Origin: Cyanophora paradoxa CCMP329
Lineage: Eukaryota > Plantae > Glaucophyta
Assembly (NCBI GenBank): GCA_004431415.1
Contig: QPMI01000533.1
Coordinates: 1 to 64,000, forward strand
Direction: 5' to 3'
DNA: 64,000 nt
In this document: positions 49,351-60,400 of the stretch, piece after piece
Position numbering within the stretch: position 1 is the first letter of the stretch
How the letters are laid out: each line of letters starts with the position of its first letter
The notes under the pieces: model-generated
Told to the model about the DNA's origin: nothing
Database searches by the model: none
What the model saw: only the letters and a program-made list of their open reading frames with translations
Program-made: the position numbers and the translations under genes

Positions 49351-50240
49351 GCGGCCCCGGCTCACCTTATAGAAACTGAATCCCAATGTAATAGATGTTG
49401 TTTCTCAGGGCTCGGATGCAGGCGCGGGGCCCGCCCTGGGGAGGACGGGCGTGGTTCCGGGGGCCCATCATTCTCAGGTGCCCCCCTCACTCCCTCGAGG
49501 CGATTCTTCTGTGTCGCGCCCGGCGGCCCCGGCTCACCTTATAGAAACTGAATCCCAATGTAATAGATGTTGTTTCTCAGGGCTCGGATGCAGGCGCGGG
49601 GCCCGCCCTGGGGAGGACGGGCGTGGTTCCGGGGGCCCATCATTCTCAGGTGCCCCCCTCACTCCCTCGAGGCGATTCTTCTGTGTCGCGCCCGGCGGCC
49701 CCGGCTCACCTTATAGAAACTGAATCCCAATGTAATAGATGTTGTTTCTCAGGGCTCGGATGCAGGCGCGGGGCCCGCCCTGGGGAGGACGGGCGTGGTT
49801 CCGCGGGCCCATCATTCTCAGGTGCCCCCTCACTCCCTCGAGGCGATTCTTCTGTGTCGCGCCCGGCGGCCCCGGCTCACCTTATAGAAACTGAATCCCA
49901 ATGTAATAGATGTTGTTTCTCAGGGCTCGGATGCAGGCGCGGGGCCCGCCCTGGGGAGGACGGGCGTGGTTCCGGGGGCCCATCATTCTCAGGTGCCCCC
50001 CTCACTCCCTCGAGGCGATTCTTCTGTGTCGCGCCCGGCGGCCCCGGCTCACCTTATAGAAACTGAATCCCAATGTAATAGATGTTGTTTCTCAGGGCTC
50101 GGATGCAGGCGCGGGGCCGGGCCCGCCCTGGGGAGGACGGGCGTGGTTCCGGGGGCCCATCATTCTCAGGTGCCCCCCTCACTCCCTCGAGGCGATTCTT
50201 CTGTGTACATGTCGCGCCCGGCGGCCCCGGCTCACCTTAT
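49351..50240. repeat. Tandem array of a 172-bp unit, about 5.1 copies, nearly identical
   Basis: Units start at 49351, 49523, 49695, 49866, 50038 and 50221 (partial). Confidence 0.95.
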
Positions 50241-50668
50241 ATTAGAGTAATAGTATCAGCTTCTGGAATGCCCGGATGTATTAACTTGGCCTTCGCGGCC
50301 CGCTTTATAGCTAGCTAACTGTAGTGAATTCTGGACATTGTCTTGAGATTGTGCGTATATTCCATGGGAAATGTCGACATTCGAGGAGATAATGGGAATA
50401 ATGTCAAAACCGGGGCCCCGGCTCATTTCACCAGAATTTCGCCAGAATCTTCGTGATTCTCGAGATTGTGTGCGAATTCGGGGGAAAATGTCAAAATCGG
50501 CAAACGCTTTGGCCCGGCCCCGAGTTCCAATTCTCTCCCAAAATTTTATCGCCGGCCTCGCCGAGTCGCTCGTCGCGATTTTTCGCTCTCGCTCTTCTGT
50601 ATTTTCTGTACATGTATTTCTGTAGTGTATGTGCTCGAGTGTGGTTTTCAAGAAGGACAGGGATGCAA

Positions 50669-51563
50669 GGCGGGGCGCGCCGCGGCGGGGCGGGGCGGGC
50701 AGGGGCCGGCGCGGGGCGCGATCCGGCCTGCGCGCGGGCGTCAGCGCGGCTCGCGGCGGGCGGGGAGGCGGCGGGGGCGGCGCGGACCTGGCCTCAGCCC
50801 CGTCGGCGAGGCGGGGCGCGCAGCGGCGGGGCGGGGCGGGCAGGGGCCGGCGCGGGGCGCGATCCGGCCTGCGCGCGGGCGTCAGCGCGGCTCGCGGCGG
50901 GCGGGGAGGCGGCGGGGGCGGCGCGGACCTGGCCTCAGCCCGTCGGCGAGGCGGGGCGCGCAGCGGCGGGGCGGGGCGGGCAGGGGCCGGCGCGGGGCGC
51001 GATCCGGCCTGCGCGCGGGCGTCAGCGCGGCTCGCGGCGGGCGGGAGGCGGCGGGGCGGCGCGGACCTGGCCTCAGCCCCGTCGGCGAGGCGGGGCGCGC
51101 AGCGGCGGGGCGGGGCGGGCAGGGGCCGGCGCGGGGCGCGATCCGGCCTGTGCGCGGGCGTCAGCGCGGCTCGCGGCGGGCGGGAGGCGGCGGGGGCGGC
51201 GCGGACCTGGCCTCAGCCCGTCGGCGAGGCGGGGCGCGCCGCGGCGGGGCGGGGCGGGCAGGGGCCGGCGCGGGGCGCGATCCGGCCTGTGCGCGTGCGT
51301 CAGCGCGGCTCGCGGCGGGCGGGGAGGCGGTGGGGCGGCGCGGACCTGGCCGGCGCCTCAGCCCCGTCGGCGAGGCGCGCGGGGCGCGCCGCGGCGGGGC
51401 GGGGCGGGCAGGGGCCGGCGCGGGCGCGATCCGGCCTGTGCGCGGGCGTCAGCGCGCGCGGCTCGCGGCGGGCGGGAAGGCGGCGAGGGCGGCGCGAACC
51501 TGGCCTTAGCCCCGTCTGCGCGCGCGAGGCGGGGCGCGCAGCGGCAGGGCGGGGCGGGCGGGG
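50669..51563. repeat. G-rich tandem array of a ~140-bp unit, about 6 copies
   Basis: GATCCGGCCTG recurs at about 50720, 50861, 51001, 51140, 51279 and 51428. Confidence 0.92.
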
Positions 51564-52740
51564 CATGATGTGCCTAGATAGCGCGCTATACAGCTGCAGC
51601 TGTAGGCCATCGGCTCCAGTGAGCAACTACCGCAGTATCACGAGCGAGCGCGGCTAGGCTAGGACGAAAGCACTTCTCCGAAGCTTTTGCATGTCTTCTG
51701 ACGGGCTAGCTTGCGCGGAGCGACACGTTGTAGGGCGATCGTACTCGCGCCACTGGTGCCGGTGCGCGAGGGCACAGACAACGTTGAAACTGCTTCCAGA
51801 ACATAGCTGTCGCTACGCCTCGCCTCCTACGCCTCCGCTTCTATGTCCGACGGCGCCTGCTATCTGGAGCTGATTTCGGCGGGGGATAGCTCATTTCGGC
51901 ATTCGCCGAAATCGTACCCGAAATGATTCTCGCTGTGCTGCATGCGCAGCTGAGAGCAGCCGCAGTCGCCGCGCAGCTCCTCGGCCGATCCAGCGCCCTG
52001 CTCGGCCAGAGTTCATTGTTCACCTAGCATGCACTTGCCGCCGTACGCGTCCATCGGAGCGCACGCCCCAGAACGCATATATGCATTAACCCGGATCGGA
52101 GCAGAAGCGGCAAAATCTCCTCGCACGGCCGTGCCAAGCACATGTACAGCACAGCCTAAAAAGGTTCAACGGTTCAGAGGAGGTGGGCCGGGGCGTGCAG
52201 GGGCTCGCGCCCCGGACGCGTTCAGGCGCGAGCTCGGAGGAGCCCGGCCGGCGCCGCGCGCGGCTTGTGGACTTGCGGCTTGTGGGCTTGTGGGCCTGGC
52301 CCGCCGCGGTCGCTCCAGGCCGGCGCCGCGGCCGGGCTTGGACGGCAGGAGCCTCGAGCTCGGAGCAGGTAGTTAACGTTCCGGATCCAAGTTAACGTTT
52401 AAGCTTAAGCACCAGGAGAAAGCACCAGGCCAGGCCAGTGTCACCGAGTCACATGCGCATGCGCGTCTGAGCCTCGAGCTCGGAGCTCTCGAATTTAAAT
52501 CCCAGGCTGGCAGACTGCTTCAGCAAAATTTGAAGGACATGGTAGTTACAAATTTTGCAAGTCACGATCGAGAAAAATGTACCGATCGAAGGCCTGCAAA
52601 ACAGCGCGACTGCAAGAATATAGCATGATGCAGAGTAGCAGGAAATTATACAAATAAAGCGAAGCTTAGGAAATAAACGAGGTCTCTGTAGCTATGGTAC
52701 ACCGCAGCCGGGAACCGATTCCGAAGGGCGGTCCCCCACT

Positions 52741-54382
52741 CTACGCGGAGATGGCAGGATAGGGGACCTGGTACACCAGGTCGGTCCCGGCGATGCCCGC
52801 GTGCAAGTTCTCAGCGGCGCATGCCGACATCTCCATGCGCGTGTCGACGGTCGCCGAGCCGATGTGCGGCCTGCGGCGCGGCGCGACGCAGAGCGTCAGA
52901 CCTCGCTTCGGGACGGCAAGGACCGGGCGCGGCACGCACAGGATCACGCAGTTGTTGAGCGTGAGGAGCTTATGGGTGGTCGGGAGGGGCTCAGGGTCGG
53001 TGACTGCGGCCGGCGGGATCAAATCATGGCCGGCGGCCGTTTCGCTCGCGGCGGGCAGAGCGAACCGTCCAGCCCGGCCGCGCCGATCACGCCCGTCGAG
53101 AGCGCCTCGTACAATGCGTCCTGATCCACGAAGCCGCCGCGCGCAGTGTTGAGGAAGATTGCGTTCCTGCGGCGGGCGCGCCGTGCCGTCAGCGAGAATT
53201 CAAATCTGCGCGGGCCCCGGGCGAAGCCGCGCACTTCTTGAACTTCGCGAACATCTCCTTGTTGAACATGCGGTACCGGTCCTTGTGGAACGGGCAGTGG
53301 AGCGTCACCTGCAAGGCAGCGGCCCGCGGTCAGCGGTGCGCTGCGCGGGCGGAGGGCACGGGCGGTCCGCGCACGATGTCGCACTGCGGGAGCATGTCGT
53401 CGAGATTCGGCACAAACGTCGCGTTCAGAGCCTTCTCGATCTCGGGGGCCACGGGGCGGTTGCCAGTGTACAGAATCTGCGCACAAGGTCAGCACGGCCG
53501 AGACCGCGCGCAGACAGAGGTAGAAAGAAGGAACCTTGCAGTCAAAGCCGCCGGCAAGGCGCTTGGCTGCGGGTGAGGACGCGGAAAAGGAGCGAAAAGG
53601 TCAGCGGCGAAGGGCGCAGGAGAGAGCGGGTGCGCACCGACGGCCTGCCCTATCCTGCCGAGCCCCAGGATGCCAACCGTCTTCCCGTACACGTCCCAGC
53701 CCGTGAGCCTGCGATAGCGCGTTCAGGGATGCGTGCGGGGCTCGGGTGACACGGCGCGGACCAGAACGGCTTCCAAGACGACCACTCGCCCGTCTTGACG
53801 GCGTTCACGCCCTCCGGGACGCGGCGCGCGACGGACATGAGGAGTGCAAGGGTAAGATCCGCGGTCGCCTGAGTCAGGATCTCCGGCGTGTAGCCGACGG
53901 CGATCTTCCGCTTGGCGCACTCCTGCATGTCGATGTGGTCGTAGCCTGCGGCGCGCGCACGCGCTCTGAGCCTCCCAACTCGCGTGCAGAGATGGTCTTA
54001 TATGCACGAACCGACGCTGAGGGTGGAGACGGCCTTGAGGGACGGACCGGCCTTATCCATGACCTCCTTGTCGATCTGGCCGCGAGCGCGGGTCAGATCG
54101 CGCGCTGGTTGAGCGATGCGCATGCAAAAATACCTTGTCGGAGAGCATGCACAAGATGCCCATGGCGCCAGGCTGCGGAGGGCGGGGCCGCCGGCGCGTA
54201 TCATCAGTGGGGAGACACTCGAAGCGCACAGCGCCCGTTCGTACCGCCCACTCAAGGAGCTTGTCCCGGGGCATAGGCTCGTCTGAATCCCACATTTTGA
54301 CATCGTATCCGACCGTCTTCAGCTTTGTGAGGGTCGACTCCGGCAGCTTGCGGGTAACAACTACGCGCGCCGAGGGCGCCAT
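52741..54382 (-). CDS. GRHPR: Glyoxylate/hydroxypyruvate reductase (D-2-hydroxyacid dehydrogenase family)
   Basis: [20 protein letters not shown]|[53 protein letters not shown]|[15 protein letters not shown]. Confidence 0.92.
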
Positions 54383-54547
54383 GGCTGCTGATGGAGGCGT
54401 TGTGAAGCTGGTGGCTGAACCGGCGGATAGAAAGCTTTGCGGTATGATGGCACCGCAAGCGAAGTCAATGATGTCGAGAAACGCGCACTGTACCCGGCTC
54501 GAAGTCGCCCCCGCGTGCCATCAGCTCGAAAGCGACCTCGCCTAACC

Positions 54548-54849
54548 ATGATCCGGCTGCGGCTTTTGTTCTTTGCGCGGAGCCGGGAGCTCGCAGGCAA
54601 GCGGCCCGCGCCCGCGCCCTGGCCCGACCCCCATGACCCGCCACCGCAGGCTGCAAGGAGACCGAGCTCGAGGTGCCCGCCGGGTCGGACAGCAGCGTGC
54701 TCTCTACGGCTATCGTGGCTGCGTTCCCGGCGCTCCGGGAGCTGCTAGGCCACTCCGTGATCTCGGTGAACCAGGAATACGTCGGCAAGCCCGTGCTGCT
54801 GCACAACAATGACGAGATCGCTGTTATTCCTCCGATATCGGGCGGCTGA
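54548..54849 (+). CDS. MOCS2A: Molybdopterin synthase sulfur-carrier subunit (MoaD/CNX7), 2 exons, GC-AG intron 54597-54649
   Basis: MIRLRLLFFARSRELAG|CKETELEV..SVNQEYV..DEIAVIPPISGG*, ending in the diagnostic C-terminal GG. Confidence 0.93.
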
Positions 54850-55610
54850 TAGCGCGTGCGACGACCTGTAGCTTCTTCCCAACCCGGCCCGTCAGCGTCC
54901 ACCAGCGCGACGCGGCCGCGACCGCCAGCGCCGCAAGCACTTCGATCCCTGCAGCAGCCTCGCTAAGGCTCAAATCGCTTAGCTATGCGCCTCGACGGCC
55001 TTCGCCGCGTGTGCGGCACTTGCAATTGTCCGGCCTAAACAAGCATATGTAAACGTTGTACACGTATCTGCAGTTGCCGCAGTGCTTCATTCGAATACGC
55101 AAAACTCAAATTCATCCCGTGAAGCTTGTACACGGCCCCAGGTTCCTGTTCGAAAGATCGGCCTAGCCTATACTAGTGGTGGGCCATCACTCATGATCAC
55201 CTCGGCCGGCGCCACAAGGCTACAATTGCAAGGCCTCGCGACCCCATGATCAAAGAAGTAACCTCGCTAGAAATATTAATGCAACTTTACACTACGGCAC
55301 TGGGCCCGCTTGGATCCGGACGGCTCATGCAGCCTGCCGCAGTGCAGCTGCACTGCGGCAGCGGTACTAGTACTAGTACTCGTGATGCCCCCTCACAGGG
55401 CCTTCGATGCCATGATGGCCATACGTGCCTCGCGCGGAAACTGGGAAAGCTCGACTCTTGCAGGTAATCGGATTCGCTAGACATGGGCTACTTACACGCT
55501 AAAAAAAGGGAAGCTATAAGCGGCAAAATTACATAGAACTAGTGCTGGACAATAAGCTAGAGCGACATGAATCGAGTGAAAGGAGAGAGAGGCGCTCGCA
55601 GGAGCCCGCC

Positions 55611-57352
55611 TCAGCTGTCGGCGGGCAGGGCGCGGAAATTGGTCGTGAGCGGGCGGTGATCCGAGATGGAGAAGCGCGCGGGCCAGACCTGCGAGCGAAG
55701 GGGATCGCCCGGGATTGGATCCCAGAGGCGCGGGGGGGTACGGGCACGCACGTCGTCGGGGATCTCGCGAGGCAGGAGCATCGACTCGGTCGGCTGCAGC
55801 TGGATCGGACTCCGGCCGTGCGCGGGCGTGCGGACCCAGATGTAGTCGACGGGGACTGCGGGGTACGGGATCGCACTTTTTGGGGGGGAGGGAAATGGTG
55901 CAGGTTATCACGTACCCTCTTCATCACGGTGTGTGATGTGGGTCACGAAGGGCTCGCGGTCATGGATTAGCTTGAAAGAAGACTCGAAACGGTTCTCTTG
56001 CATGTGCTGCGCCGCGAGGGGGTCGGGTCGGGATCGGCGATTCCGGCGGGATACTCGATTCGTGGGGGAGGGGGTATGGCACCTTGTACACGTCGTCGTT
56101 GAAATCGTTGAAATCGCCGGCGACGAACACCGGCAGGTTCTCGGTACCCGGGCGCCTGAGGGGGGTACTCGAACGCGAGCTGGGGCGAGGTTCCAGAAAG
56201 TACTGGGGGGTACGCACGACGCGACGTAGCTGTCGATGAAGCTCGTGACCGAGCGGACCTCGCCCAACCGGCGCTCCCGGTAGTAGCTGCGCCGGGTGCG
56301 CCCGTCAGGCGAGACCGTACCCCGGGCGGCTTGTCGGAGGAGAGGTACGCCGCACTCATCGTGGGGGAAAGTGAGGTGGACGTTCACAGCCAGGAACTCG
56401 ACGTTCTGCGAGGGGCGAGGGAGGCGGGTTCGCGGGCGGGTGAGCGAGGCGCGCGGAGGGGGCGCCGGGGGTACGCGCACCGGCTTGGAGACCGAATCGG
56501 ACTCCTGGCGGACGTGGAGAAGCAGGGCAACGCGGTCGCCCGGGTCCAGGTACGCGTGAGCCTCGTCCACGACTTCGAGGTCCCGCGCGATGAAAGTGCA
56601 GAGGCCGCTGCGGATGGCGGGCGTCGACGTCGCGGCACGTCAGGACTCCGGAGAACGCGTCGAACAGCGCCGCGCAGAGCGCTCACTCCTGTTTGTCCTC
56701 TGGCCTTTTGAGGTAGAAAGCTTTGTGTGTGCACATGTAGTTCTCGTACTTCCTCTTAATCGCATCCTGGAACCAGAACTCCTGCAGGAATATGACGTGC
56801 GCATCCGATTCCTTGAGCAGGTCTAGGATCTTCTCGTGGCGCCTGCGTCCCAGGGCAGACCGTGAGAAACGGGCGCGGGCGGCGAGGGCGGGCCGGTCTG
56901 CCCGTCGGCGCCGGGGGATTGCGCACATCTCCCTCGTCGCTTCGAAGCGTTCTTCGCTCTCTCGTCGCTGTTGCAAGGTCTTCTCAAGGTTATCTGCGCG
57001 GCGATGCGGATCGGCCAATCTGTCCTTCGCGGGCAGCGAGCGGCGGCGAACCGAAGTACTTGACGCGCTTGTAGCACGACGCCAGAGTGTTAAACGTCAA
57101 GAAGCGCACGTCAACCGCGACGCCCTCCGCGCTGCCGGCCCGCGGCCGCGACTCCACCACTGTTTGCTTCTCCGCGAGGGCGCTTATCCCAGGCTTTGCG
57201 GCCGCAAAAAAGATGCAAGCGCTGGAGGCTGCCGCGAGGTGCTTGCTAGGCCGGATCGCAACCCGGCCGGCGACGTCCCCGCGCAAGAATCGGGAGCGCA
57301 GTTGCGGCGCCCAGCACTGCCCCGGGAGGGGCACGTGCACGGCGAAGAACAT
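55611..57352 (-). CDS. Endonuclease/exonuclease/phosphatase (EEP, DNase I-like, CCR4-related) protein, probably plastid-targeted
   Basis: FLTFNTLASCYKR, VIFLQEFW, VNVHLTFPH, VAGDFND, VDYIW, SDHRPL; long basic/Ala-rich leader starting MFFAV. Confidence 0.88.
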
Positions 57353-57477
57353 CGGGCCGGGCTGAGGCTGCTGAGCCGCTGCTCCGCTCCGCGGGTATGA
57401 TTTGCGAGCGCTTCACGCCCCCTACCCCCCTCCCCCCCCCAAAAGCGCGCGCACCCGGCCCGCGGATCAGCGGATCG
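57353..57477. promoter_or_regulatory. 125-bp divergent (bidirectional) promoter region
   Basis: Spacing between the ATGs of the EEP gene (-) and the AK-NADK gene (+). Confidence 0.6.
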
Positions 57478-60400
57478 ATGGCGGCGTTCTGTACGGGACT
57501 TCCTGGACTGGCGTTGACGCCCGGCCGCGTTGTCGTTCCGCGGCCCTCGGTCGATCTGGATCGGCCACGGCCGCTGAGCCGTATCCCGAAGGTACCGCCC
57601 CCGGCTCGCGACGCCGTGCCGACGTCTGATCTCTCCGCATTCGCGTCGTTTATCCTTGCCTACAGTTCCATGGCCTTCGCGCCGCCTCCAAACTTGAGGG
57701 CCTCGGCCAGCGGCGGTTCCAGCACAGCAGCCAGCAGCGCTTCGTACGTTCCTGCGGCTTCGAGCATGCCAGCGTCGTCCGTGCAATGGCAGTGGGCCCC
57801 GACGGCGTCGACGACGAGGCGTTGCAGGCGATGGAAGGGAAGAAGTGCACGCCGGGGATTCGCGTGCTTCTGATCGGCCCGCCCGGCTGCGGCAAGGGCA
57901 CGCAGGCGGAGAACCTGGCCCGCAAGTACGGCCTCATCCACGTCCACCCGGGAACGCTCCTCAAAGAGAACATCGAGCGCGCTTCGACCCTCGGCAAGAC
58001 CGCCGAGCCGTGCGCGGCGCCGCCGCCCTGGCCGCCGCCCGCAGCCGACGCGGTGGTCGCAGGTACGTGCAGCGCGGCGAGCTCGTGCCCGACGACATCG
58101 TCATCCAAATGGTCCAGAAGCGTCTCGCGGAGGCCGACTGCAAGCGGAACGGCTGGGTCCTCGACAGCTTCCCGGCGACGCTCAAGCAGGCGGAGAACCT
58201 CGAGGCGGATGTCTGCATCGTCTTCAACATGGGTGACGACAAGGCGCGCGCTGGCCCCGCTCCCCAACGCCCCGCCCCGCCCCGCTCCGCCACTGATCGC
58301 CACCCTCAGGTCATGGAACGCGTCCTGGGGCGGCGGTACGACCCGTTGACCGGCCGAGTGTACCACAAGGTTTTCAACAAGCCCGAGTTCGAGGAGGTAC
58401 CGCAATTCCGCGCCCGGATCCGAAGTAACGCCAGTGACGCCGTACCCAGGTCTCCCTCCGCCTGGTCTCCCACACGGACGACACGCCCGAGAAGACCGCC
58501 ACCAAGCTCGCCGCGTGCGTACCCCCTGCCCCCCCCCCCCACCCCGCGCGGCCCTGATCCGGTACCCCCTCCCAGGTACCGGGCCACGTCCGCGGAGGTT
58601 CTGCAGGCCCTGAAGGACAAGGTCGTCGTGGCCGGGCAGGCGAGCCCCGTACCCCTCCCAGATATTATTAGAGATAGATCGCAGGACTGCTCCCCACGCC
58701 CCTCCTCTCCCCTCCCCCTGCTTCCAACCGCGTTCGCCGTTCATCTGAGCTTCCCCCTCCCCTCTCTCTTAGGTCGTCGAGGTTGAAGCGGACCGCCCGA
58801 TCGAGGAGGTCCTGACGCAGGTGCGAAGCCTCGCCCGAGGCCTCGGGCCGGCCGGGATCGCATGCCCCCTCCTCCTCCTCCGCGCCTCTCTGACGAGGGA
58901 CGCCTTCTTTCGCAGGTCGAGCGCGTCATCTTGGAGGTTACGCCAGAGGGCATCTCCGGTCCGCCCCGCCCCGCCCCTCCCCAGCCCGACCCGACCCGCC
59001 CCCGCAAGAGAATCTAGCCGCGCGGCCCGCCCCGCCCCGCCCGTTCCGCTCGCTTGGCTAGGCACAGCGCAAGCAGTCTTCCGCCCCGCCCTGCCCCTCG
59101 CCCGCCCCCGCAAGAGAGTCTGGCCGCCCGTCCCTCCCCCTCGCCCCGCCTGTCCGGCGGCGCCCACCCGTCTCCTCCCCGCCCTCCTCCTCCTCCTCGT
59201 CCCCTGACTCGCCCCCGCCGCAGCGCCGTGCCCGCAAGCCTTCCCCAAATCGGACATCTTCCTCATCAAGTCCAACGGCTTCATCTGCGAGCGCGAGCAG
59301 GCGAGTCGGCCGGCCAGCCGGCCTGGGCCCGAAGAAAGAGGGAGAGGGGGATAGATAGTTGGTTAGGGGGGCCGCAGAGCTTGCTTGGCCCCAAGCAAGG
59401 GGGGCCGGCCCCCTGTCCTACGATTCCAGGCAGGCCGATTCCGTCTCACGCCGTACCCCCGGGCAGGTCGACGACGCCAAGATCCAGTTCAAGGCCCCCG
59501 CCACCGAGCAGGCCCGCCCGCCCTCCTCCCGCCCCGCCCCGCCCCGCTCCGCTGTGTTGTGCCCTGTCTATGTTCCTCCTCCTCCTCCTAGGCCCGCCCC
59601 GCCCTCCTCCTCCCGCCGCGCCCCGCTCCGCTTGCTTGTGCTCTATCTATGTTTTGCTGACGGCTTTGGGGCGGGCGCAGGTGCACCTGACGTGGAAGGG
59701 ACGCCCCCGCAACGTCCTCGTCCTCAAGAAGGTGCGTTGGGAGGGGGGTAGGGGGACAGGGGCGGGGCTTGGAACAAGAGGACTACACCTAGGATCAGGA
59801 AACGAGGGACTTGGACTAGAAAGGGCCCGACTAGAGAGGGCGCCACTACGGCGCCCTCGCGCGCCCCGCGCCCCGCGCCTCGCGCCTCCCCGCCCGCGCC
59901 CCGCGCCTCCCGCCCCGCGCTAACGAGCGGGGGGTGCTCAGCGGGGCCCCGAGCTGGCGCCCATCCTCGACGAGGTGGCCAAGTACCTCGAGGAGGTCCG
60001 ACCCCGCGCCCGCGCCCCCGACCCCGCCCCCAGACCACTAGAGAAAGATGGAGGATGGATCAGAACCCGTCCGCCCCGAGCCTTGTGGCCTGTCTGGACC
60101 ACTGGGGCCTGTCTAGACCACTCGACCATCGGCCGCCTAGTCGCGCCCTCGCCCGAGCGCGCCCGCGCCTGCGCCCCCGCCCGAGCCTCGGGGCCTGTCT
60201 ATACCACTCGACCATCCGTCCGCCATGTCGCGCCCGCGCCCGAGCGCGCCCGCGCCCCGCCCCCGCCCGCGCTCGCCCGGCTTCACGTAGCGAGGGCGCT
60301 CGAGCAGCCGCTCCCGCCCTCGGCGGCCTAGCTCGCTAGACCATCATTCCGCCTGTCTAGATCGCGGGACCATCAGCCTGCCCAGTCTCTGACCTCCTCC

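Noticed and set aside
49351-50240. CRISPR array or hammerhead (retrozyme) array
   Set aside because: Units are identical throughout with no variable spacers, and I found no CTGANGA..GAAA core on either strand.
50453-51657. Three overlapping ~350 aa ORFs
   Set aside because: Translation of the 140-bp GC-rich tandem repeat; no coding signature.
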